DNA from: Leucoraja ocellata
Taxonomy: Eukaryota
Assembly: GCA_036785375.1 (NCBI GenBank)
Contig: JAWMAR010000406.1
Span: 1,054,001-1,118,000, forward strand
Reading direction: 5' to 3'
Length of the DNA stretch: 64,000 nucleotides
A program made the translations under genes and the position numbers. Below are positions 13,953 to 27,430 of this stretch, piece by piece. A model generated the notes under the pieces. The model saw only the letters and a list, made by a program, of their open reading frames with translations. It did not search any database and was not told where the DNA came from. Positions within the stretch are counted from its first letter, which is position 1. Each line of letters opens with the position of its first letter.

Positions 13953-13964
13953 CTCTAGAGAGTC

Positions 13965-15750
13965 AAATGTTCAATTGTCATATGCACCAGAAATGAAACA
14001 ATAAAGGTTTTACCTGCTGCAGTTTTACGAGACCATTAATGCATTAGCTGAACAATAAATATCCAATAATCAACAGTACAATAAATTAATAATCCGCAAA
14101 ACTAGGTAACCAGACTATAATAGTGCAAAAATGAACGTTGTGGTACAAAAAAAAACCCAAAGTAGATTGCTGCTAATGTCGGGATGTCCAGTGAGGGTGA
14201 TGGATGCTGGTAATAAGCAATTCCTGAACCAGGAAGTCATTCTTTTGTGGAACCTGCACTTTCTTCCCGATGGTAGCAGTGAGGTGAGAGCATGGCCAAG
14301 AGTAGGTCTTTGGTGATATTAGTTGCCTTTCGAGAAGCATTAATAATGGGGGAGGGTGTTCAATACCTGTGATGATCTGGGCAATGTCCACCACATTTTG
14401 CAATCTCCTTCATTACATGGTGTCCGAGTTAACACCTGTAGAAGTGCGGTAGAGTATGCACCAACATGCTGAATCCCTTCAATCTCCATAGGAATTCGAG
14501 ATGTTGATGAGCTCTCTTTATGATTGCATCAATATGCTGGGAAAATGTTCAGAGATAGGCACGTCCTGGAATTTGAAGTTGTTGACTTTCTCCACCGCCA
14601 TCCCGTTGATGAAGACGGGTTCATGGCTGCTTGGCTTTCCCTTTCTAAAGTTAACAATCAGCTCCCTGGTCTTGCTAATGTTGAGAATAAGATTGTTCTT
14701 CTTTCACAATTCAATCAAATTATCAATCTCCCTTCTGTACTCTGAGTCACGGTTCCCCATTATTACTTCAACAACGGTGGTATCATTGGTGAATTTAAAG
14801 TTGGCATTGGAGCTGAGTCTAATGGCACAGTCATGGGTGTAGATAGAGTACAGGGGGCTGAACACAACAGCCTTGAAGTGGTCCTCTGCCAGTGGTTATC
14901 AAGGAGGAAGTGTCGTTGCCAATTCAACTGATTGCGGATAAAAATGCATAGGGACGAGCAGAGACCCAGTACCCAGAGTTTCGAAGATGATGATGGTGTG
15001 GAATGGCAAGCTATTGCCGATGAACGACCTTCTGATATACATGTTCCTGTTGTCCAAGTGGTCTGATGCAGAATGGAGGCAGTGAGATCGCATCAACTGT
15101 TGATCTGTTGGGGCTGCAGGCGAATTGTAGTGGGTACAGGTCCTTACAAAGGCAGGAGTGGACAGGCATCATAAACAAACCCTCAAAGCACTTCATCACA
15201 CAGATGTGAGTGCCACTAGGGAGGTTGTCATTTAGGGAGGTCACCTTGCTATTCTTGGGCATTGGGTAATAAGGATGTCTATTTAAAGCAAGAAAGGACC
15301 TTGGGCCTCAGTAGTGAAAAGATGCTGTCTGCAAAAACTCCAGCCAGTTGGCCCATGCAGGTTTTAAGGACCTGGTCAATATCATCAACAGGAATTTCTG
15401 AGGTTTACTTCTGACATTGACCTTGGTGACTGAGATGGCATTGTCTCTGGGGGCTGTGGGAACTTGGAAAGGTACACTGATATTTTCCCTTTGACAGTGA
15501 GCGTATAAAGCATTGAACTCATCTGGGAGTGATCCATCACTCTCACGTGAGCTGCTTGGTTTCCTCTTATAAGTAGTAATGGCATGCTACTCTGCCGCAG
15601 TTGCCAAACGTCCATCTGATCCTCCAGCTTAAACTTGAAGTGTCTCTTTGCTTCCTCGGTGGCCTCCTCAAGGAGGTATTTAACTCTAGTTGGTATCTAA
15701 TCAGACGTGCAGACAACTACGATGTGCATTTGTACTTCAGATGAAGATAG
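13965..15750 (-). mobile_element. Degenerate Rex1/Babar-clade LINE RT remnant
   Basis: Frameshifted PKNSKVTSLND...VMKCFE...PLQFA..PNRSTVDAI and QGC..SPLYSIYTHDC motifs. Confidence 0.8.
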
Positions 15751-16764
15751 ACATTTCGTCAATGTCTTAAATTACTTTTTTGTAGCTGTCCCAACAGCTT
15801 TAAATGACTTCTTTGATTGGACCCCTCAATCTCCATTCATCCTCAGATGCCAGGTTTGATCAATTTACAGTATATTTTTTCTCTGGTTCAAAGAGTTCAA
15901 GTTTATCCACAATGAATTCCATCTGCCAAATGTTACTGAATGAGTCTATCAATGTATCTTTGTAAATGTCAGCTTCCATGTGCACCATTGACTGTGCCAG
16001 TGTCCTCAACAAACCCATCACTTGTTATTCTTATGATAGGTCAACCTGAAACATTAGCTCTTCTTTTCTCTCAGCCATCACAGCCTGACCAGCAGAGTGC
16101 CTCCAACATTTTGTGCTTTATTTCACGTACTGCTCAATGCACCTAGATTCAAATTATTTTAAGATTCAGTTGAAGCGTGTAGTCCCAGTAAAGACCCCTG
16201 CGGGATATCACTGGTTGCCTGTTGCCAATTTCAAAATATACTCATTATTCTTATTCTCTTTAACTGAGCTTTAAACCAAATCCCTTTGTAAGCCAACAGT
16301 TGCTTTCAATTCAATGTTCCCTCATTTTATGTGAAAGCTCACATAAATAACACTGAAACCTCAGTTAATTTTTTTTAAAATTGCAGATGCTGGAAATCTG
16401 AAATAAAAACAGAAATACTGGAAAGACTAAACGGTTTAGGCAGGTTCCATGGAAATAGTTTAAATTTGTAAAACCCGTCAAAGGGCAAAGGGTTTTCGAT
16501 GAGAAGTGTTAACTCTGTTTCTCTTTCCACAGGGGCTGCCTGAACTGCTGTTTTTATTACAGGAACTTTGGAATCTGCCTTGTTAACAACTGCCTCAGTG
16601 ATTTCAACCAGGTCTGTTGCTGTTTTTATTATAGGATATAGACATCTACAAAAAAGATTTAACAATGGTTTAACAACATAAGTAGATAAATTATCTTGTC
16701 CAACGGAAATAGATCACAGGCTGTTGTGCAGTTAGAGGGGAAAAAGTGGGGGCTCAGATCTTTC

Positions 16765-17240
16765 CCCTCTGCTCTTAAACCTATAGCCGCTGGTTTGTGA
16801 TTCTCCTACCTCCTCCGATAACTCAGCCCCTATAGTCATGGCAACATTCTTGTAAATGTTCGATCCATTCCTTCCAGCTTAATTAATAGTCGCATGACCA
16901 AAACTGAACACAATACCCAAGTGTATCCTCACTCATGTCTTGTACAAAGGGATCATAATATCCCAACTTCTAAACTCAATTCCCTGACTTATGAAGGCCG
17001 ACATGCCAAAAGCCAACTTCATCATTCTATCTACCTGTGGCGCCACTTTCAGAGAACCATGTACTTGTACTCCAAGATCCCTCGACAACACACCAAAGGC
17101 CCTACTATTCACCGTTAAGGTTCTGCCCTGAATCGACTTCCCAAAAAGCAACACCTCATACTTATCTAAATCAATCTGTATTCCTCAGCCCACTTATTCA
17201 GCTGAACAAGATCCCTGTAATTCCTGATAACCATCTTCAC
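16765..17240 (-). mobile_element. Degenerate CR1 fragment
   Basis: RDLGVQVHGSLKVAPQVDRMMKLAFGMSAFISQGIEFRSWDIMIPLYKT. Confidence 0.85.
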
Positions 17241-17254
17241 TGTCGATGTGTCTA

Positions 17255-17460
17255 CCTTAACTATGCCACTCAGCCACATGCTTGTAGAAATTTACAGCAG
17301 TACGTCTTTGGGATGCGAGAGGATACCGGGGCATCCAGGAGAAACCAATAGTGTCATGAGGAGCACATGCAAACTTCACATAGACAGCAACAGAGATCAA
17401 GATAGAATCTGGGTCTCTGGTGGTGTCGACTGAGGCTCGACTAACTGCGCCACTGAACTG
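17255..17460 (-). mobile_element. Degenerate SINE of the same family
   Basis: Reverse complement of SINE head and body (gtacgtctttgggatgcgagagg...ctgcgccactg). Confidence 0.7.
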
Positions 17461-19235
17461 TCCAATTAATTTATGTTAACTAGCACCCAATGTTCCAAAT
17501 GAATCTGCCCAAACCAGTCCAATGGGTAGATAGTAACATGAATAAAAACCATCAGATTAATGTAAGGACTTGTGTCTTTGTTATAATAGATAAGACTGAA
17601 AAGCGATAGCTTGCAGACTTTGCCCTTAATAAATCCAGCAAGAAACAATTTGGTCACATATGAAGAACAGGGAAAGTGTGTAAAAAAACTTATTTTAATT
17701 GTAATTATTGTCTAATTGAAATAAATTGGAAAAAAGCGAAACAAAAGGGAATTAATCATCGATGAAGACCTTGCTGCTTGCTCATCGGTAAACATGGATA
17801 CCATTTATATTCTTCGCCACCATCCAAATTTTAAACAGTTACAAATAGCAAATCTTCAACATCTGCCTCATTGCTAGGCAACATATAGAAATATCTCTAT
17901 AAACAAAAGTATCCTGCTGATCCAGATTTTTTGAACTAATGTAAGATGTAACATCAGAAACTTATATTTTAACATCTGGAATACCAGCCGAGCACTTCTA
18001 CAATGTTTGCATAATTAGGCTTTTTATGTTTTGCCGTGGGAAACAAATTTTGTTTGGTCACAATTTCAAAGGAAATTATACACCCTCAAGTTTGTTTTCT
18101 TAAGAAATCTATTTTTGTGAGTCCAAACTGGATAGCCATTCTGATGATAATTTCAGTACGGATTGGCAAATTATTACATGTATGGGAACAGACGCTGGGT
18201 CTGTACAGAAGGTCAATGGCAAGTGTCACTGCTTCATCTCTGATCCCAGCAGTTACCCACAAAAGTTCAGACCCAGAAAGCAAATGTAGCAGATTTAAAG
18301 CAGCTTTGATCTCAAAAGGAAGAAAATCAAAAAAATTACAGAACATATATCTCAATTCTGAACAAAATTTTACGTACTTAAAACATTTCAAAATAAAAGT
18401 GCCAAAAAAACATAAGAACATTTTGATATTTAATCACCTGTAGGGTACACAAAATCATCCAGAACGTTGGTTTATCCGCAGATAAGAATAACTATTTTTG
18501 GGTCAGTTTAATTTATTTTACTTAAATGTTGTCATTTATTCTTTTTTGTAATATGAACAGAAATCAAACATGTTAAAATCTTCATGAACTATCCATGATT
18601 CTATACCCTTGGGGAAAAAAAATCAATAAAGTAGCCCAAATAACTCTATTTGAACAAGAGCATGAATTCAATTTCTCTTTCCAAAGATGTCGTTTTATCC
18701 AGCATTTTCTGCTGTTATATCAGATTTGCAGCATCTGCAATTTTTAGATTATTTAGGCAATCTGCGTCCTTTGTCGCTCTACACGATAACGGTGTTAGTA
18801 TCTCAGCATTATTCAAATAGTTTGTACACATCCATTAAGCCTTGTTGTCAATTACGCCGAAAACTAACATATATAAAGATTAAAAGCATCCCTCTGCATC
18901 GTAATGTCTCGGAAGCATGTACCATCTCTGGCAGAAAAGTCCGTTGAAGACGTTTCAAGCCTGAGCCTAGGTTGCTGTCCAACTAGACATGAGCATTTGC
19001 ACAAAGGTTCGGCAGAATACTCGCTCAGTTCAATTTAAAGCATTTCTCTCACAACAACACATTATGAATGAAACTAATTGAGAGGGCAACCTTAAGATAA
19101 ATATTACATACTACTACCTCACAGCATTGGAAGCAGCAAATGCAAACACTGCTGACACCGTTTTCGTCAATACTACATAATTAAATGCTTCCTCAATGTC
19201 CCGAGCAATTTCAGTACCCAAATTACATTTGCCTC

Positions 19236-19436
19236 TTAGATTAGTTTTTAGAGATACAGTGAAACAGGTTTTAGGGAAACAGGCCCTTCGGTCCACTAAG
19301 TCCGCACCAACCAACCATCCCCGTACACTAGCATTATCCTACACATCAGGGACAATTTACAATTTTACCGAAGCCAATTAACCTAAAAACCTGTACGTCT
19401 TTGGAGTGAGGGAGGAAACCCACACGGTCACGGGGA
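19236..19436 (-). mobile_element. SINE 3' half
   Basis: ttagtttttagagatacagtgaaacagg...cacacggtcacgggga. Confidence 0.8.
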
Positions 19437-20406
19437 GTCCATATCACCTCCACCAATGTACAACAGTAGAAAAGGCAAGACACTTGAAATATTTGAAAGT
19501 CTTCACAGCAAAATGGTAATCAAGCAATTCTGTTTAAAATTTAGAACAATAACAAGTTTTTTAAAAGACGCAAGATGTTGGGGTAATTATGTCTACACTG
19601 TAGGTTTTTGCCTGCATCACACGAATTTTCAATTACTCCAAATGTTTGGTTTAATGTGGAAATAGCCGCGAGGGACTTAATTCTTCCTCCGCGGGCTTTG
19701 TTAACGGTAAATTGGTGGATTTGAAATGGAATCAAATCACATACAAATCGGTCTCACGATAAATATCTTGAAAATGCATGATTTCAGTTGAACAAACAAG
19801 GTAAAAGGTGTGCATTGTAAATTCCTCACATCAATATTTCACGATCAATGAAAAACAGTGTGGCTTCAAAGCCGGTCTGGGCATCTGCTGCTTTATATTT
19901 TGACATGAAGATAGCAGGAAAATAGATCTGGATCAGAGGAAATTAACTCCAATGAAAATTGATTTCAGGAACAATTTATAAATATTGATTCATGTGAGCG
20001 AACCTAAAAAGGGATGAATGTCAGTTTCAAATATGTACCAGAGTGCTATTGCCTCTTTAGATAACACAAAGTTACCAACCGATATATGGCTGCTTATACC
20101 TTGTCACTATATTTTTTTGTAATTCAACTGGAGATGAAAAGTTCCAGCTCGAGGAACAGAAAGAGCAAATTCAACAAACCTGAATTTTCTAGATAAGAGT
20201 AATCCTATGTAACACTTTTAACATTATAAAGGAATTGACAAAATCATTTAGAAAAAGATAGTCAAATAGATTTTTTTTTAAAAGAGCTTAATCATTTTCA
20301 GAAACAAGTTACAAGAAAGGGCAGTACATGTAAGCGCAAGTCGATGAAAGAATTTCAATGGACCAATGCATTTCGTACTACCATGAATTTTAATGTGGAA
20401 ACTCAC

Positions 20407-20546
20407 CATTCGCCAAGTGCCTCCAAGCAGCGCATCCGCCCAAGAACAAGCTCAGGGTCGTCTTTGTTCATGTCCATTTTCTTGTCATATGCCACCAAAG
20501 CATCTTCCCATTCATGCAATTTCTCATACCACGTTGCTTGGATCTC
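20407..20546 (-). CDS. MTOR: MTOR internal exon (~human exon 30), 140 bp, FAT domain
   Basis: [46 protein letters not shown](W); taacag| acceptor, |gtgagt donor. The next exon (GQLHQQCCEKW...) was not found in 1-20406, so it presumably lies left of the window. Confidence 0.97.
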
Positions 20547-21449
20547 CTGTTAAACAAATCCCAAAATGTACACAATACAAAGGCACACCTAACAGTACCC
20601 TCCTAATATCTGTAGACAATTCTCCTTCAACACATGCATTTCATATTATCCATTATGCTTTGAAACATTGGTACTTCCTCCAGAAGGCAAAACACAGATG
20701 GTAACACATCCGAGACCAGTGGGTTGCAAATTCACATCCAACCATGGATATGTAAATTCACTTAATGTTTTTTTTCCCTTATGGAATGCAATAAGAAATG
20801 TATTATACATACCAAGCACATCCAAAAAATCCTTACTTCAAAGGACATCATAACTTTTTGAGATGTATGATCTTACCTACACAATCATAATTAAAATTGA
20901 CCACAGAATTCTCATCCATCAATCATGCTAATACACTGAGACAAAGCGTTCAACAGACTCTTCGCATGATGAAAACAATTTCAGTTTCGGGGATATGGTG
21001 GTGATGTTGCATCTAAATTACCAGGCAAGTAGACCAGAGACTTGAATTAAAATTGCAAAAACGGCAGTCTTGGAGTTTAACTTTAGTGAGTACGTGACAT
21101 TTTTATGAAAAATCTGGTTCATTAATGACCCATAAACTCGACAATCAAAGGATCAAACAAAAACGCAGCAGTCCTGCACATATGATCACAAACAGTGGTC
21201 GAAAATTAAACAGCTAACTGGAGGAAAATACTCCAACCACATCTCCGACCTCAGCGATGACAGGGCCCATTTTCAGAAGGCTGAAGAAGATGCTGAAACA
21301 TTTGTGGCCAAGTTCAACAGAATGTGCTAAGTACATGCTCCGCCCCAGCTTCCTGCTGAAATCCCAACAGCACAAGATCCAGTCTCCGGGCAATTTGATT
21401 CATTCCATGAGAATGGCTAAATTCCACACTTACTGTTTTGGGATTACTC

Positions 21450-22745
21450 ATCCAGTATTTTAGCTGAAACACCACCTCCTTATCCTCGGGACTCAAATTG
21501 TTTCTGTCAGAGGAAGCGTTTGCTGGACACCTCAGTGTATTAACATGATGGAAGGGCGAGAATTCTGTTGTCAATTCTAGTTACGATTGTGTAGCCAAGA
21601 CTACGGAACTGGACATCATCCTGGCTTCAGTAATGAAGAACTACACTCCAGAACTATCTAGATTTATAACCAGACCGTTCCAGTATAAAGCAGGAATTTA
21701 TCCAGCAATGTGGAAAACTGCCCAGTTTATGTTCCATTCACAAGAAAGCTGGACCAGTCCAATCAAATTAATTACTGTCAGATCAATGCACGCAGTCATC
21801 AATAATCAAATGAAAGTGCTGTCCACAGTGGTGTGTATCCACATTCCCCCTCCAATAATGTGCCCTCTGGTCCCCAGTTCTGGTTCTGCCAAGACCACTC
21901 ATCTCTGGAACTCATCATTGGCTTAGAACAGACATGAACCAAAGAGTTCAACTCAAGAGTAATATCCATCGATATCAAAGCAGTATTACATTGGATGTAG
22001 AAACAGTGACACAAAAACAAAATTCAAGTGAAACCGCTTCAGACTAATAATCCCAGCCCCAGGATATCAGTGCAGGAGCTCCACAGGGTGTGTTCTCGGC
22101 TCAACCATCTTTAGCTACTTCATAAATCACCTTCCGTTGACAGAAAGTAAGAGGTGCAGCTAATTGTAGATTATTGCTTGATAGTCAATTCTATTCAGAA
22201 TTCTTCAACAAAATACAGACAATGATCAGGCATGGGTTGATTTGTAGCAAGTACCATTGGTGCCAAAGCGGCAGGCAATAGACAGTTCCAAAACTAAATA
22301 AGTCTAACTACCAACATGTAACATTTCACACCATTACCATCATCAAATTCTTCAACATCAACATCCTGGAGGGGTGTCATCATGGACTAGAACCTCAACT
22401 GGACCATTCACATTAAAGCTCAGACTGCAATAGAAAGTCAGAGGATGTCATTTATTGAGACCCCAAAGCCTTTCCACCATCTACAAGGCACTAATGTGTG
22501 CCAGTAATACTCTCCCCTTAAATAGATGAGCACAGCTCAAACATTTGGGTCTAAGCAGCCCACTTTAATGGATCCCCAACAACCACACTAAGCATTAATC
22601 CCTAGATCAATGGTGCACACACATTACTCACTCAAGCTACTCCAAAAGCAACCCCCAAAACCACAATCTCTACAACAGATGTAGATAAGGAAACCGCACT
22701 AATGGAATATTTCCCTTCAAGCAACACACCACCATGACTGTTGGG
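21450..22745 (+). mobile_element. Old, highly degenerate LINE RT remnant (CR1/L2-like)
   Basis: Residual PEL...FQY..GIYPAMWKTAQ and ccacagggtgtgttctcggc (PQGSVLG-like); similar to 54340-55500. Confidence 0.65.
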
Positions 22746-24029
22746 CTCCCGGGTGTCTCCAGCCTCCACCCTGACGACTCTTGTAGACAGCTATCTGCCC
22801 ACCCAATTCCAGGCCTTGGGATCACCCAATTTTGCAGTAGACCCGTGAGCCTGGTTTGGAGCAATGAACTGTACTAGACGGTAATAATCCAAAAAAGACA
22901 AGGGTATAGTATAGTAACAACCTGCTGGCATAATTTAAATGTAGTAAAAAGAGTAGAAGTGTCGACACAGTTTACAATCATTGCCCCAGAAGATAATGCG
23001 CATAATTGACATTTGCAAATTACCACAATTAATAAAAGTAAATATTACTTTTCTGCAATTTTGTCTTCAATGTCTACAGACAGGCGCAATTTTGTTCTAT
23101 GAAGTTCAGCCAGCAAATTACTTTGGCTTTGGATAAACCAGATGGATTTAATCAAATTTAAATTTGGAAAGATTACTTCATTATTTTTTTGGTTGCTTCC
23201 TTCTGGATTTGCAAGACCTCTGGTATGAAGCTGAATGCACAACAATGGCATTTGACCAATACAATCGCTCTTTCTGATAAGGGCTCAGCAGAGTTGACAG
23301 GGGCGTGGAAGTGTGAATCTAATAACGCCTCTGCACTAGGCTCGCAAAGACACATGTTGAGCAGATCAGATGTGGATTTCACATCAACGCAACACTGAGA
23401 ATGTGGGAGAGCATTATCCAAAAATTATTATAACAATGAAATATGATAGGAATGGAGCAAGGACCATTCAGACTTTCAAAATAGCCAGGTGTTTAGAAAA
23501 TACAGACAGAATTGCCTAAGGGATTTGGAACCCTTTCAAAAACAATACAACTCTTGGGCAGGATGCAAGGCGATTCAAAGATGATGGCCAAGGTACCTTC
23601 CATTCACACCTTCATTATTAACTGGCCAGCAGTCATTTTTTCTTTGTTGTTCATCCTGTCTGATGACACGTTTCCCCTCCGTTAACGTTGTTTAAAGATG
23701 TGGAGCAATTTTGTTTAAATTTTGCAGGAACCAATGTATTTTTACGAACAGCTGATTGTCTCACAATAACCCGAGTTTAGTTTGCTGTCACGTGCACCGA
23801 GGTACAGTGAAAAGTGTCCGTCGCGTGCTAACCAGCCAGCTAACCAACTGTGCTGACTTCACTCTTGCTTTACCATCTCATCGTGTAAAGAATTCAAGCG
23901 ACCAAACTACAGGTCACTCTGATGTAACATTGTGTATAAAGCACACGATAGGTGGATGAGATAGCGATTTCACTGTTTTAATTTGCGCTGTAAGTTAAAG
24001 CTTCATTGGAGTTTGACACCAGCTCAGAG

Positions 24030-24450
24030 GAGAAATCAGAGTCATACATCATGGAATCAGGCCCTACAGCCCAACTTGTCCCTGCCGACCAAGATGCTTG
24101 TCAACTCATTATACTTCACTCTTTATTTCCTTTGTCCCACCTAAGCAAGTCAAATTTGCCTGCATTTGGTCCATATCCCTTTGAAACTTTCCCATCCATG
24201 TACCTGCCAAAGTGTCATTTAAATATTATTATTGTACATTCCTCATTTATCTCCTCCGACAGCTCATTCCATATACCCACCGCACTCAGGTTCCTGTAAA
24301 ATTTCTCCCCCCTCACTTTAAATGTATGTCCTCTGGTTTTTGATTCCCCTATCCTGGGTAAAAGACTGCGCATTCACTCTTTCAAATACCCTGACTGACG
24401 AAGGCCAATGTACCAAAAGCCTTCCTTACCATCCGATCTACCCTGTGGCA
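24030..24450 (-). mobile_element. CR1 3' fragment
   Basis: agagtcatacatcatggaatcaggccc tail; gcatttggtccatatccc; matches other CR1 3' ends in the window. Confidence 0.75.
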
Positions 24451-25684
24451 GCTGAAAATTAATCCTGTGTTTTTGTGATCACCAGGCAAATTATCACAAT
24501 GGGTTTCCAACTCACCACTCTCCTATTTTCCACAAACTTCAGTCGTGTGTTTGGTTCTTAACGTCCTCTCACCCTTGGTCCCTCTCATTTACACTGGCTC
24601 TGCATCTGCCAAAATCTCACATAAATACTGAATGCTAACATTCATACTGCAGGGTGGTGGGAAATAGCAGAATACACAGAAGGCTGTATCCATCATTTAT
24701 TGTGCCCAGTGTTTCACTGTGCGGGCAGATACGAGTTGGTCTTGACATCCTGTTCGGCACAGAAATTGTGGGCTGAAGTGTCTGTTCCTGTGCTTACTGT
24801 TCGATACACACTAAATGCTGGTGTAACTCAACAGGACAGGCAGCATCTCTGGAGAGAAGGAATGGGTGACGTTTCGTTCTCTCCAGAGATGCTGCCAGTC
24901 CCGCTGAGTTACTCCAGCATTTTATGTCCATCTTAAATCAGCATCTGCAGTTCCTTCCTACACTCTACTGTTCTATGTTCTGTGTGCCTAAACTGATTGA
25001 TAGATTATACATGTCACATGATTGCAAATAAGAACATAGGAAATAAAGAGTGAAGTCTAATGTTGAATGGTATCGTCACTGACAAAAAAAAATCCATTAA
25101 AAAACCTAAGGAATTATTACATCGTTGTAATTTCAAATAAATACTAATTAAGTCATTTTCCTAACACTGCTTTACTATTAGGCTATTTCAATGTATTCAG
25201 CTTTCCAACCGCTTGTAAAACTGCTGTGTGTAGACACGACGTGAGTGTTTCCTTATATATTACCTCAAAAATAATTATCCCCAAATGAGAAAATTAATCC
25301 TTACAAAAAAAACATAATATCCATCTGTCTCCCTCTCCTCAGTAACTGCGATATGGCAATCACCAGTTTGTTTATTTTATCCAACCCCTTTCAAAAAGTG
25401 TTTAAAAATAAAGCTGTTATTTTATATTTCAGAAATCCTGATTTACTGGGGAATAAGCATCTGTTAAATAAACATGTATTTTTAATGCAAATGCAGTGTT
25501 CAATTTACAGAATTCATGCAACTGCTCCCTCATTCTTCCAGTGTAGTCATTTCATTACCTTTGTTTCATAGGTACATTACTTTGTGACATTTTAATCTGT
25601 TTGTTTGGTGGTAACAGAACAAGCTTAATGAGCTGACAAGCGACATTCATCTAAATATCCAAGGCCTGAAGGAATTTCCACTTT

Positions 25685-27430
25685 ATAGAACACAGAACAG
25701 CATGGCAGTGGAACAGGCTCATTGGCTCATCAAGTCTGCACTGACAATGATGCCAATCTAACTAATCCCATCTGGCCACACATTAGCTTAATCCTATTAT
25801 TCCCTGCCTGCTTATGTGCCCATCTGCCAGCCTCTTAAATGTTATCATATCTACTTTTTCCACCTCCCTTTTGAGGAACCTATTTCTCTCCGTGTTAAAA
25901 AAAAACATTTGCAAATTAACCCCCCTCAACTTGAACCTATGCCTTTGAGTATTTGACATTTCCATCCTGGAAAAGAGACTGACCATCTGCCCGGTCTACG
26001 CATCCTAAATGTTCTATACTTTTATGAGGTTTCCTCAGCCTCCGATGCTTCAGAGACAGCAGTCCAAGTAAGTCCAATTGCTTATAATAGCTGATATTAT
26101 CCATTCCAGGCAATATCCAGGTGAAGAAACAAGGAACTGAACATACTGGTTCACAAAAAAGACACAAAGTACTGGAGTAACTCAGCAGGTCAGGAACTAT
26201 CTTTGGAGAACATGTTTACGGTTGGTCATTAGGTCACAAGTAATAGGATCAGAATTAGGCTATTCAGCCCATCAAGTCTACTCCACCATTCAATCATGGG
26301 TGATCTATCTTTCCCTCCTAACCCCATTCTCCTGCCTTCTCCCCATAACCCTGGACACCGGTACTAATCAACAATCTAACTATCTCTGCTTTAAAACTAT
26401 CCATTGACTTGGCCTTCGCAGACTTCTATGGCAAAGAATTCCATAGATTCACCGTCCTTCTTCAGATAAGTTTTTTTTAATATCTCGGGGAACCTCTTCT
26501 GCGGCCTCGGCCTCCACATCCTTCCTGTAGAGTAGTGACCAGAACTGCATAAAATATTCCCAATAAAAGTTTTATGCAACTGCAACATGACTTGCCAACT
26601 TTTATAACTCAATGCCCCAACCAATGAAGGCACATATTCTTTACTACCCTATCCATCTATGTTGTCACTTTCAGGGAGCTACAGAGTTTGCATCTGGGTC
26701 ATCATCTATGTTACTGAGTGTCCTGGCATTTACTCTATACTTTCCCCTTACATTTGACCTCCCAAAGTGCAGCACCTCACACTTGTCTTGGATCGGGTGT
26801 TAAAAAACACTTGCCTTGGTTGCAGAATTGTGTTGTAGAAGTGGGCAAGTCATGTTGCAGCTGTGTAAAATGTTTATCAGGCCACGTTTGGAACATTGTG
26901 TGTGGTTCTAGTTACTACACCACAGGAAGTTTGTGGTCGCTTGTTGCAAAAGAGATTCACCACTTTTCAGTATTATACTCCATCTGTCATTTTTCCACCT
27001 AACTTTCCAACTGTTCTCTATCATGCAGTATCCTTTGCCAACCCCATTCGTTATCCATAACTCCACTAATTCTTGTGTCATCTACAAACTTATGATTCAG
27101 ATCAACCACATTTTCCTCCAAATCATTTTTGCAGATCCTTGTCACAGACCTCCAGTCAGCAAAGCGCTCTCTCTGTCTTCTATGACCAAGCCAATTTTGT
27201 ACCCAAATTACTAACTGACTGTGAATCCCTCGTGACTTAGTCTTCTGGATCAGCTGACCTTTTCAAATGCTTTAGTAAAGTCCATATAGATAACATTCAT
27301 TGCTTTACCCTCATCGATCATCATTCACAAAAATAATTAATCAAGTTTGAGAGACAGGCCCTCCCCATAGAGAGCCATGCTAACTATCCGTGACACGTCC
27401 AAGCTTCTCCAAATGCGTGTAAATTCTGTC
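25685..27430 (-). mobile_element. Cluster of nested, degenerate CR1 fragments (mostly minus strand) plus a Penelope-type repeat
   Basis: YYKQLDLLGLLSLKHRRLR; YKSWQVMLQLHK; minus-strand YMDFTKAFEK at ~27260-27290. Confidence 0.75.

Noticed and set aside
18036-18443. Opposing 135-aa and 111-aa ORFs
   Set aside because: AT-rich, low-information translations with no recognisable homology
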